Below, in pieces: positions 39,601-50,600 of a stretch of 64,000 bases of DNA; positions within the stretch are counted from its first letter, which is position 1; every line of letters starts with the position of its first letter. The notes under the pieces were generated by a model. It had not been told where the DNA came from and did not search any database. It was given only the letters and a program-made list of their open reading frames with translations. The stretch lies in the IMG/VR virus record IMGVR_UViG_3300027836_000009, positions 28,114 through 92,113 of that record; one strand, 5' to 3'. Source of the DNA: a virus. A program made the translations under genes and the position numbers.

Positions 39601-42600
39601 ATATAATGTAATAAACACAACGTCTTCAGGCAATGGAACAGGAGCAAAATTTACAGTAAGCTATGATAATTTAGGTGTAATGACAGTTCTTCATATTTCA
39701 GGAGGATCTAATTATGTTGTTGGTGATACGATTACAATACCTGCTTCTGAAGTAGGTGGGTTGCCAGGGACAGATATTACGTTTGATGTTACTGTAGCAT
39801 TGTATAGTATTATTATTAAAAATTTAGGTTTAACAGGTAATGCGCCAGCGTCAACAATAATAAATGGATTTGCTTTAATAGGTAAACATTTTGATGGTGA
39901 GCAAACTTATTATGTAAATCCTATAAGTACTAATCTTCAATTAGACACTTACCTAACAATTAATTTATATGGCGGTACATATTCAGTAGGTGACTGTTGG
40001 GAAATAAGTGTTGATAATGGGAAAGTTATTAAAACACAGTTAGGAAACACAACACATAAATTAGATGCTTTTATACCACAAGATTATGGGCAATTCCGTT
40101 GGAGGCTAATAGCTAATGGCACAGGTTTACAGCCTGGCGATTCTTGGGACTATCCAATTTATGATCCTAATGGTATTGATTACATTACACATTTCTCTCC
40201 TGAAGGAACAGCTGAACAAGTTGCTGCTGCAATAACTAAAGCTGTTTCAACTTTTGATAACATACCTGTTAAATCATATTCCAAAGGAAGCAAAGTTTAT
40301 CTTAAAGGTAAGTTAGAATACGAAGATGGAAACACAATTCTTTTAACAAGAAATTTAAAGCCAACAAGTTATTATACAAATGTAGGTTTTTATGAAAAAG
40401 GCTTTTGTAATAGAAAGGAAAAATTGTCACAGATTACGATTGATGGTTCTCCTCTATTAAACATAAATCTTAATACTAAATTTGTTGAATATGTAGACCA
40501 ACCTACTGATACGTATTATTACATTAAAATTGAAAAAAATGACTTAGGCGCAATAGTTTCAGGGAAATTAAAATGTTTAGGGGGTACATATGCAAATTTA
40601 ACTTCTACAGGTACACTTTTTTGGGATAACCTCGTAGGTGATGTTTTTGAGTATTCAGGATTACCGATATCGCTTGACATATCAAAACTTGTTGCTGGCG
40701 AAACATACGAAGTTGCATATTCTTTAACTTCAACATCAGAAATAAAACAAAATTTTATTGGTGGAACTAGGAGAAAAAGAAATCGAGCTAAAGTATCATA
40801 CACTGATGGAACTAAATATTTCATCGATAGAAGATCTATTCGTTTAGGCAATACGGTAAATGGGTCAAAGACAATTAAACTTGATACAAGTGATCTATAT
40901 GTAGGAGCGGCTGTCTCTGGTAATGGAATCCCAGCCAATACTTTTATAGTTGACGTTAATGCAAATGATATTAAATTAAATAATGCTGCATCTGTAACTG
41001 CATCAAATGTTACACTAAACATTGGGGAAATCACCGCATTAAACGATAATAAAATTAACAATCAATGGTTTCAGTCTTTAAAAGGGATGTATAGTCAAAT
41101 TAAAGGTTGGGATGTACAAGGAAAGTTTTTATACAGTTTGCCTTACTTAGAAGAACCTACGTATAATGAAGTTGATGAAATCTCAAGTTACACAAGTTTA
41201 AATGAAAATTTAATTATTCAGATTGAAAATCCTACACAGGAAATTTATATAACCGATGATAAAAGAATCGTTGCTTGGGATGTGTATAAACCAGTGATGG
41301 GAATATTTTCTTTATATCCTATTAAAGAATTTGATTTTGACTTTATACTTTCTGATTATTCTTATACACCAACATTAGAAATATTTCCATATTTTTATAA
41401 AGAAACACTAAAAGAAAACGAAGAAATTGAATTAAGTATAAATGAAAACTATAAGTTAGAATCTAGAGATAAATTTAGTCTTGAGATTTCAGTAAAAAAT
41501 CCAAATGATAATATTTGGTATAATATTGATACTTTAACTTTTAACGGGGCAATGGGAACAGACCCAAGCGCAAATCTTGAAATTTTATTTAATACATTTT
41601 ACCCGCTTTATGTTTATGATAAAAATGAATATCCTTACTTAGCAGTTGGTCCTAAACCAGATTATACTATTTACCAAAATAATTATAATTATCGTGGTAC
41701 AGGTAAAAGAAACTTTGAAAGAATTTATTTAAAAACAGAAAATGCAAAAACTGGAGCTGAAGAAATCTTTTACCCAGAAACATTAAAAATTAAATACATT
41801 CCAATTTCGCCATTATTAAATCCTGAGCTAATAATAACAAAGTACAATTATGAACAAGATCTCGATTTAAAACAATTTAATGGATTTGCTGGTCTGCAAG
41901 ATATCACAAGTGTTAATGACATAAGTATAATACAAGATTTAAAAAATGAAGGTAAATATCTTGATGCTTTTACATATCAGTTACTTTTATCTGAATATGA
42001 TCGTTTAAGAGAAAATTTTAATATAGATTGGGCAGTAAAGTCTATTGTTGTACCTTATGTAAATAAATGGGTTCTTGAAGGAACTGATGCAAGAGATAAT
42101 TATTATCGATTAAATAACTCAATGGCTTTCGGCATTAATAATATGTCGCCAAGTGATCAGATTGACTTTACGGATACATCTGTACTTACTAATGAATTCC
42201 CATATATAGACGCTACACCAAAAGACTATTTTGTTTCAGCATTGGAAGGATCAAGATCATATATGTTCCAAAGACTTGACGATGTTGCATATGATGGTAA
42301 AACTTGGTATGAATTACTTACAACAAATAACGAAAACGATTGGTTTACAAAATACTTTAGTGTAGGATACCCTACTGAAGAAACTTATTCAGGTGATAAA
42401 ATTACAAAGTCTAGAGAAGAAAGATTTACTTTTTTCAGATACATAAATGGCTTAGGCAAATCTCAAACAGTTTTCAGAGGTGTGAAAATACAAGCTGTTA
42501 CTTTTGATGATGCTGGCATTGACCCAATTGAAATATCTGACTCAACATATTTTGACGATTACAAATTCGCTTCTGTTGCAAGATTTGTAAAGCCTGGTGT

Positions 42601-44656
42601 TAATTTTGATAAAGAAACTCCTGTAAAAATTGAAGTAATAAAAAACGATACTTATAAAACAATCGTTATGATTTTTACTGTGTATGTAAATGATTACCGT
42701 ACACAAAGTGGACATAATAATTATTTCTTACAGTATGTGATGAATGATATTCTTAAAAATGAAAATCAAAATCAGTTACCGTTTATATCTTCCGGTAAAG
42801 TTTCTTTAGCGTTAAAATCATTTTTACCATACGGGCCTCTTAATAATCTTCCCCCATACATTTATTTTAATTATTTCTCCCCATTTCAGAATCAAGTAGC
42901 AAGGCCAAGACAAGGATTCTTAGGTGGAGGATATTTACAATTAGGAAATAAAAGATTAGGCGGTAATTTGGATTTTAGAAAATTTACAGCAAGTATGCGA
43001 AATTCAGTTACAGGTGAAATTGTAATGCCATTTAAAAATGTGCTTCCTACATATTCTTTTAATATGTTAAACGAATTAAGCACTACTGTAAATAATTATA
43101 ATAATGATTTAACAAAATTTATAATTAATAAGACTTATATTAGGGTTTACCCTAAAGAATTAACTAAGGAGGGTTTCTTTAGTTCCTTTTCAACTGCGTC
43201 AAAAGATCCAAATGCAGGATTTGTTTCTGTTCGTAACTTTTTTGACTCACAGGTAGGACAAGTTAGTATTAACCCGCTTTCTTTAAAATTCTTTACATCG
43301 AAAAAAGCTGGTAGAACAAACGTAGCAAATTACGCAAGTTTAAATACTGGACTTGAGTACCAACCATTTGGTATGAATACAACTTCAACTTCAGATAAAA
43401 ATAATGAAGTTGAAACTTATATAATAAGTGGCGGAACTAATGGATATGTGTCAACACAAAAATATTTAACAATAGGAAACATTCAATTTTTAGTAAATAG
43501 TGAAAGCCCTGCTATTGAATATTATAATGTAGGTTCAACTGAAATATCGACAAAATACAGAATAAGATTCGTATCACCGGATTCTATCATAAAAGATGGA
43601 GTATTACAATTTGCTGATGATACAGATAAGCCACAAGAATACTCAAACGTGCCTTTAATAGGATATGATATTGTTGACACAAACACGCAAGAATACATGT
43701 TAAGACACCGTGGATATTATGAACCTAAGGCTCGTGATATTATAAGTTTCTGGGTAAGAGAAAATAATGAATTTTCTAATCATTATGAAAAAGATTTCTT
43801 ATTAGGTAATACACACATTAATACAAGTTATTCAATTTCAGGATTATTAAGAAATTACGGAATTAACAAAGTGGCGACAAGTGGCGAAGTTTTAAAAATT
43901 GCTCGTGAATCTGCATACAAAAGTTTATACCCTCTTATTGATGAAGTTTCTGTTGATTCTATAACTGCTTTTGCATTAAATAGTTCTTGGGATGATAAAT
44001 TTTATCGCGATTACGCAACAACTAGTGATTGGGTTAATGTTGAAGGAATTGCTGAAATGAAGGAACTTAAATCGTTCTTAGCTTCTAAAGCAATGAACAT
44101 ACCTAAGTCACATGAATTTAATACTTTTAATAATACAGAAGTTACATATGTACTTGATAACCCAACTCAATCAATTGGCGTAAATTATTTAGCTGCAAAT
44201 AATTCTTCTACTAATCAGCAATTACCAAATTCTGACAAACCGGTGTTAACAATTAACATCAATGTTAAAGATAGATTATTAAGACAACTTATAGAAGATA
44301 TTAATAGTGGAAGCTATACTGATGAATTTGGGAAACTTCCTTATTATTCTGTTGACGTACCTGTGTTACATGATTTAACTAGTCCTCAAATTAATACACT
44401 GAAAACTAATTACTTTAATAAGAATATAATTAATCTATATTATGTTTCTGAAATTAATCTTTGGTCTGTCATACGTGAAGGTGTTCAGTTAATGTCACTT
44501 GAGCTTACCGAATTAGATAAATCAAACGCAGGCTATAATATTGATAAAGATTGTGTTGTTACGCAAGTAACTGATTACAACTTCAAGATTACAAAAACGC
44601 TTGACACAAAAGTGCCTTCAGGATTTGCATTATCTATTTTAGTGAAAAGAATATGA
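36641..44656 (+). CDS. Giant virion structural protein (baseplate/tail)
   Basis: 2671 aa; contains G-x-G-x-GA-x-F-x-V and VG-x2-V-x-G-x-GIP modules shared with 18292..24747. Confidence 0.6.
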   Translation: MSTPNFYNINFEREVVVQGKNTTFLSITRNDEEIGADQDLVIVLYPQRNTWEQYKNVSVISKGQDNTYYPEIVWKFQYTSPQEISKVNDPKFERIFNDLEVLNWYDIDPNLITAGGVPLTVIDYKPGIGFSLKSLNNQYFTPPNNVINLNLGKNDITDADNWKINAGVVSEQIKALENQISPTYWKPFDNLPNPFDGTTLTVVSDYGKYTGFFSRKNASWIRIPKDNTNVNNNGASIRIDFDGKKNSHLKLNILVARMSNLAAQPQDLVYGHTTTGEFGWKIQGASQDESRDYQEVHFFGYTEDYVKTKRDNTPVSYKIENPIYDDQASYALLKTNPKISGNVKLTTDSNGDIWLNSFDANDELANSSYKKYAISPSSTYQRDLHYFFKKGKTPSNIVFEPYQFDNQYLNTKRTFEQQYDNFYNYGVEQLRSKLYDEDFTFLAPLWLRKDVPDFFLIFRIDGPLNIDSYLNKGNDDKFNSFFAGARLIKTFDMRNSSKLGSYIRKIVNDPRYQERPIEVSWETDVATYWNGLSYKDGTMTAKGEFLYDYYKQDRPIKEFEEFVTNGFERNGIISSNLLNLEFLFDDDEADLYSINRYFGIYVNENQLAEFQIEPSVLGKIQVPSLSSPDPSVLPIYQTPPPKPGVDGEPYTLREFTQTNPDGIQLPIHYYHNSVFTNNTTNIPEYQGNVIGKLPLPAMVDDPLRFFYVKDRNDVFKRVNKLTEVDYGVPGSKDYIRATQLQLFDNEENISSYGGVTNITSQLKAELLDSGKSQLVLELFDQAGTGVIAEDEEFIINVENYNDYSFDDDVKKYYVQVTDTVLGNYVKVKYFIGDYLTSTTSSTYIQPPVNDITPVAVEDASELLLGDFIYIIGGGYYQITGLNTVIAFNNIAQIQPKGQPVFSLGSIQTNTVSGATPGITICPQLSNSGNGIGANFNVTVDGTGAVTVVSLNLPGTQYTLSDVITIDLTPIGGSGTLTISPATLLEITYNVINTTSSGNGTGAKFTVSYDNLGVMTVLHISGGSNYVVGDTITIPASEVGGLPGTDITFDVTVALYSIIIKNLGLTGNAPASTIINGFALIGKHFDGEQTYYVNPISTNLQLDTYLTINLYGGTYSVGDCWEISVDNGKVIKTQLGNTTHKLDAFIPQDYGQFRWRLIANGTGLQPGDSWDYPIYDPNGIDYITHFSPEGTAEQVAAAITKAVSTFDNIPVKSYSKGSKVYLKGKLEYEDGNTILLTRNLKPTSYYTNVGFYEKGFCNRKEKLSQITIDGSPLLNINLNTKFVEYVDQPTDTYYYIKIEKNDLGAIVSGKLKCLGGTYANLTSTGTLFWDNLVGDVFEYSGLPISLDISKLVAGETYEVAYSLTSTSEIKQNFIGGTRRKRNRAKVSYTDGTKYFIDRRSIRLGNTVNGSKTIKLDTSDLYVGAAVSGNGIPANTFIVDVNANDIKLNNAASVTASNVTLNIGEITALNDNKINNQWFQSLKGMYSQIKGWDVQGKFLYSLPYLEEPTYNEVDEISSYTSLNENLIIQIENPTQEIYITDDKRIVAWDVYKPVMGIFSLYPIKEFDFDFILSDYSYTPTLEIFPYFYKETLKENEEIELSINENYKLESRDKFSLEISVKNPNDNIWYNIDTLTFNGAMGTDPSANLEILFNTFYPLYVYDKNEYPYLAVGPKPDYTIYQNNYNYRGTGKRNFERIYLKTENAKTGAEEIFYPETLKIKYIPISPLLNPELIITKYNYEQDLDLKQFNGFAGLQDITSVNDISIIQDLKNEGKYLDAFTYQLLLSEYDRLRENFNIDWAVKSIVVPYVNKWVLEGTDARDNYYRLNNSMAFGINNMSPSDQIDFTDTSVLTNEFPYIDATPKDYFVSALEGSRSYMFQRLDDVAYDGKTWYELLTTNNENDWFTKYFSVGYPTEETYSGDKITKSREERFTFFRYINGLGKSQTVFRGVKIQAVTFDDAGIDPIEISDSTYFDDYKFASVARFVKPGVNFDKETPVKIEVIKNDTYKTIVMIFTVYVNDYRTQSGHNNYFLQYVMNDILKNENQNQLPFISSGKVSLALKSFLPYGPLNNLPPYIYFNYFSPFQNQVARPRQGFLGGGYLQLGNKRLGGNLDFRKFTASMRNSVTGEIVMPFKNVLPTYSFNMLNELSTTVNNYNNDLTKFIINKTYIRVYPKELTKEGFFSSFSTASKDPNAGFVSVRNFFDSQVGQVSINPLSLKFFTSKKAGRTNVANYASLNTGLEYQPFGMNTTSTSDKNNEVETYIISGGTNGYVSTQKYLTIGNIQFLVNSESPAIEYYNVGSTEISTKYRIRFVSPDSIIKDGVLQFADDTDKPQEYSNVPLIGYDIVDTNTQEYMLRHRGYYEPKARDIISFWVRENNEFSNHYEKDFLLGNTHINTSYSISGLLRNYGINKVATSGEVLKIARESAYKSLYPLIDEVSVDSITAFALNSSWDDKFYRDYATTSDWVNVEGIAEMKELKSFLASKAMNIPKSHEFNTFNNTEVTYVLDNPTQSIGVNYLAANNSSTNQQLPNSDKPVLTININVKDRLLRQLIEDINSGSYTDEFGKLPYYSVDVPVLHDLTSPQINTLKTNYFNKNIINLYYVSEINLWSVIREGVQLMSLELTELDKSNAGYNIDKDCVVTQVTDYNFKITKTLDTKVPSGFALSILVKRI

Positions 44657-44661
44657 TCTTG

Positions 44662-44669
44662 AATATATA
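44662..44669 (+). promoter_or_regulatory. Putative late promoter box AATATATA
   Basis: Intergenic, 29 nt upstream of ATG 44699. Confidence 0.5.
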
Positions 44670-44698
44670 CATTATAAAGAATAAAAAATACTAAACGG

Positions 44699-47600
44699 AT
44701 GTTAACACTTAAGCAATTACTTGAAAGTGATAGCTTGGCTACGATAGTTGCCAAACTAAACCAAAACTTACAAGTTATATCAAATTCAAACGGAGGTCCA
44801 CAAGGTATTCGCGGTCCACAAGGTATTCCTGGATTGCCGGGTAAAATAGGCCCATTAGGTCCAACTGGAGCTGTTGGCCCAACAGGTACTATTTTAGGGA
44901 TTGTTCCTTTTGCTGAAACACTTTACGATAGCAGCATAGCAGGTCCTCTTTTTGATAATTTTCCTCCTTATGGAAAGATAGGTCCTTGGCCTATATCTTC
45001 GTTAACATGGCTAGAAGCATATCATACGCCAGCAGCAGCTGGTGAAATATACCTAGATCATCGAAATAATGGATACTGGAAGTATTTAACAGCACCTGAT
45101 GTAGATGGCGCAGCTTATCCTGGAAATACCACTGGTAACCCATATCAATATGCAGCAAATTTATCTTTTGTATATCCACATCTCGGTGATGGATCTAATC
45201 CACCTACACCAGACCCAGGATTTTATGCAGGGCCAGGGTGGTATTTTTATCCTGTTCAAGATTCTGCGTCTTTAGGTATAGGGCAAGTATGGGTTGAAGA
45301 TTATAGTACATACACAATTAAAAATTTAGGAAGCACAGGCCCTTACGCTCAAGGACCTACTGGTACTATGGGTGCAGGTAATTTAAAAATACCAAATGCA
45401 AGACTTGTAACAAAATATGGAACTGTTTGGATAACATCAGGGAATGACGCATCAGCATCAGCAAATGATGGAACATTAAAAACTTCTTTAATAGGGAAGT
45501 GGGGCGAAGGGCCAGGATTGGATAATTCTCAGCCAGGAAGATATAGCTCAGGCGTTGATCGTTTATTCTTTAAAATGAGTATAGACGGTTTATCATTTTA
45601 TAATAATGTTGCTGCTAGAGGATACACAGGACCTGCTACAATGTTATCTGGTCTTACTGAACCAAATCTTTTAGAATCTAATGAATTCCCAATTAATAAA
45701 GATCTCGTACAGTATAGTAGCGCGTCTGACCAATTTTGGGTAAAACCTCAGTATGAAGTTTCGATTGACCAATATACTCCTTTATTATTCTTATCACATA
45801 GAAATGACGAAGATGATCAGACTAAAGGTACATACGGTACATTGGGTATTTATATGTTTACTGACGTTGCAGATGATGGACAAACAGAAGGCTTGTACCC
45901 ACAACCAACTGAACCTTATGGCCATGGTGATTTAAACTATAATAATGTATCAAAAACTTTACATTTATTTACATCAAGATACGCTCCAGATCCGTTAATA
46001 ACTTGGGATCCTGTAAATGCTCCATTAAGTAGCAATCAAACTGTAAACTACGGCGAAATGATTCTTGACTTTAGAAGAGTCATTGCATCAAATCAATACG
46101 TTTGTTCTTTACCAACTGATATGAAATTATCAAGTGACCATAGAACAGGTGCAAACGGAAATTATGTTGAATCATTAGGAAGCTCATCGCTTAGATATAG
46201 AACATATCAAGGATTCGTTTCAGCAATTAATGGTAAATCATTAACAGGTAATGGTTTAACTCCATACCAATGGGAATATGGTTTAGGCGATGGTGTTCCT
46301 TATGGCGCAACTGCAGGTAACCACGATACCACGTCAGGCACTGATGGCATGTTAACACGTCGTACTTGGTACGGAACATCTGTATTATCAGAATCACAAT
46401 TTAATACAATAGCGCCTGGCACTAATGATTATATCAGAAATGCTGGTATGTTAGAACGTGGCCGTAGATTTACAACAACTACAGCATCAGGTGGTGGCTC
46501 AGGAGCTACAGGATCATACTTTTTATCGGAATTAGTTTTTTATACTTCACAATTTAAAGTTAATGGAGCAACTGCAAGTTCACCAATTAATGATACTGAT
46601 AAAGACCCTCAAAACAATGAGCATAACAGTTTACCTTCATTATATGTTTCACCTTTTAGAAATATAGGTATAGGTACATTCGTTGGAGCTACAGGTGGAA
46701 GCGATTTAGGACCTCTTGAACCTTCCGCTAAAATGCATGTTCATGTTAAAGAAAATTTAAGAGATTCAGATCCAACGTTTACGTATTTTGCTAATACAGC
46801 AGGAACAAATGCTTTTGCTACATTACCAACAAAAGTTTTTGCTGCAGCTGCATTTAGCGGTCAAGTTGTTAACTCTAATAGACAAGCATTAACTGATATC
46901 TTATTAGGTAACATTGTTACAACAACTGATGAAAAAGTTATTCCTACTGGTAATGTTGTAAATCAAGTAACAGTTGATAAATTTAGAAACGCTGTTCGTA
47001 CTGAATCTTGGAGAAACTCTACAGTAAGTTCAATGCACTTAGGAGCACAACCTTATGCTATGAATGTAACAATTGGTAGAAATGGTGTTGAGGCGTATCG
47101 TAAAGAATTCCAAATTACTTTAGCTCCTTTAAATATTTCTGCAAACACAGCAACAGGATTTGCTGCAAACACAGGTGTAGGTATTCATAACTTATATCCA
47201 AGAGCAAGATTTCATATGTATGGTAAAAATACATATAATGAAACAGAATTTGGTCAAGAACTATGGACTCCTGGTTATACAATTGCTGGAAGTACTTCAC
47301 CAGGATTAGGCATTAATTATCCTTTTTATGGTACAGCTGCGACAAACACAAATTCAGCAAATCAAGTTGCTATTGATTATTTAGGAAGTACATATAATTA
47401 TCCTGTAGGTATTTATGAATACCAATATTATGTGTTTAACGTAAGTTCATTGGCTAACTTAGGTAGTCCTACATTAACATCGCAATATTCAGCAAATGCT
47501 GCTGTTTATCCTAACCGTGATTCTATTACACCAACAAGAAACGCTGTTCCTTATGGTGGTGTTTTTAATGCAAACTTTGCGTTTCCATTTACATCACCCT

Positions 47601-50600
47601 CTACTGTATTAAATAATTCATATAAACATGGGGGGACAGGAAATGCTTTCTGGGATCCGCAATCATATATAGGGTTTAACTTATACAGAGATTTGTCATC
47701 CGCAAATGGCGGAGCAAGTACAGGTCAAAACACAACAGGTGATAACCAAGATAACACGAGATGGATCTTAGGTACACAAGGAGCAACAGCTGTTGGACAT
47801 GGTAATAATGGTGGAGCTGCAATTATAAGTAGTTCACATGGGGAATTAGGTATTATTACAATTCCTAGAGGACGTGATGGAGGCCGTGCTTATGAACAAT
47901 GGGAACAGAGAGGATTAGGAACACGTGATGTTCTTAGTCATATGAAAATTGTGTTTGATAAAAACGGTAACATTGCTGTAGGTAATGCTGCTGGTTGGGA
48001 TCTTGATGCTTACCCATCGTTGGATCTTAACATTAACACAGGATACATCAATTACTTGCCATTGTCAAATGCTGATGCGGTTGGTCCTGTAAGTGCATTA
48101 AATGCTACAAGTTCACGTAATAGATATGGAAATGTATTGTATGCTGGTTATAATGAAACATCTTCTATAAGTACAGCCGCATTAATTAATAAAAAAGCAA
48201 CAAATTCCGAATATGTTCGTTTAGAAGTTGCAGCTGAAAAGGCTTGGTCTAGAGATGGTCGTTTAATTCAAAAGAAAGGTTTTGGTTACCCACCGAATTC
48301 AACAATCACAATCACAGGCGCTGCTTTATCAAATTACATTAGAACAGACTTCAATTTCTTACCATACACACCTACCATTTTAAATTGGGTATTAGTAACA
48401 GATAATGAAGGCCGTATTACAACAAGTAGAATAACATATAATGTATCGCCTACCCCATTAAATATATGGCTCAGTAGTCCAGTAACAAGCTCAAATTATA
48501 TTGCAGTTGTTTACCCACACCCTACTGAATTTAACGCAACTGGCCCTTTAGCAAATTTAATATCAATTTCTTATATTGCACCCGCGGGAGCAATAGCTGC
48601 TGAATGGGCAGGATTAAATGATATGCCTTCGGATTTTGGCCCAACTATATACACAGGAAATAACGCAGGTGGAGGCAATTTGTTTACACAAATCTATATA
48701 GATCCAGTATTAACAATCGATTTAAGAGGTAGCGCAAATGTTCGTTTAAATAACTTTGTTTACGGAGAAGGCTTTGGTTTTAGCGGTGGTAATAACATGA
48801 ACACTTTTGATGATCTTACAAAAGTTTATGTTCAAATGCAAAGACAAAACTCGCCAAAACTTATATTATCATTTTTAGAAAAAACTCCAAACGCTGCAAG
48901 ACCACAAACAGGTGTTTCTCCATATAAGAAAGTTAATACTGTTATTCAATCTGCGCAAAATGAAGTATCATTAAGAGAATATTGGATTCCTAAAACTGAT
49001 AACACAGGCGGTACATTTATGGTATTCACTGATCATTTTGGTAAAAAAGAAAAAGATAATCTTTTCCAAGATACTCCAATATACTCAGGTACGGTTACTA
49101 CTGGCGGCACAGCTCGAAGAGCAGGACTGCATTTAGAAGAAGTTGTTACACAAGAATTTCTTGGTGGATATACAGGAATAGACGCAACCGTAATTACATC
49201 ACCATTAATAGGAAATAGCGATTTCTTAAATAATATAGATGGCCGACCAATTAATATGTCGCCTGGATATGTAAGATATTACAATAGAAGTTTTAATACT
49301 CCTAATGTGCCTTCAGTGTTTACTGGAACGCAGTATGGACAAATAATAGCAAATAACCCACCTGCGCCACCAGAAATAAGCACGGGCTCAAATACCTTTA
49401 CAACAACAGGCGCTACAGTACAAACGTCACCAAAAAATACTTTTGCTTGGCACGCAACGGCGGTACAAAATAGTGGTCCGTGGGAATTTGAAATTGCTGG
49501 AGGTGGCAGTACCACAGCCTTCGGTATGCAAGGTGTTGTTCAGCAATGTGATACTGATAGTGACAATTGTAATTATGGAAGAGACAACCGTCCGCTCTTT
49601 ACTTGGTTCAACTTACCTGAATTCACACCTTGCACAGCAAGAACCGTTGATGTTGTTGAAGTAAATGGCGGTGGTCCTTCGGGTTCGCAAGGCGCTAACT
49701 GGTATAATAGCTCTACTAAACAAATCAGATTACCTGCGGGAAATTATGAATTTGAGGTAGCGTCAAGCTATTTATGTTCAGGCACACCATATCCAACTGG
49801 TTTAAGTTCGGGTCAGTATAGCAGAGGTAATAATGGTAAAACAGTTGAGCTGTTTATGACTTATGGAACGCCGTTCACTGAATTTGAATATATTGCCAGT
49901 TCTGTGCAACACGGCTGTGGCACTGTTGCGAATGGCCCAAATGAACAACGTTTAACTTGGCCAGGTCCTTTTCCTAATCCTGAAACTGGTGGTACGGTAA
50001 CCAAAACATTTTCACAACTTTTTACGTCTGCACAAGACATTGATTTATTATATCGATTTGGTGGTAATGTTATTCATGGTTGTTCCTGTTGCACCGGTAA
50101 TACGCAATCAACAAATAGCGTTGAGTCGTATTGGAACATAAAAATACGTTCCCTTGACGCAGCTTGTTCAACTGAACCAACTCCTGGCATAATGTATCTT
50201 AACCCAAGTAATTCACAGCCATCCGGTGCGCTTGATACTAGATTTTCTACACCAGACGCCGAAGCTTTTATTTGCCCTTCACACTCAGCTATAAATGTGG
50301 CTGATACGAATCCTACAAATATAGGTACGCTTTCAGGCTCAGCCGCAAGTGTGACACAAGCTAATAATCCTGCTGTATCCGATAACTACTTTGTTAGGAT
50401 CAGTCAAACACCAATAGTAGGTGATTACGAGGGTGTAAAAATTGGAATAAACTTTTTAGCTAAAACGCCAAACGGCAAACCATATTATGATTCTCAAAAT
50501 AGAGATCTTGTATTAAGATTTATGAATGCGTGGACTGGAGGCGTTAATGGAACAGAAGATAACCCCGCATGTACAGGATCTGGTGTGACAGACTACAGCC

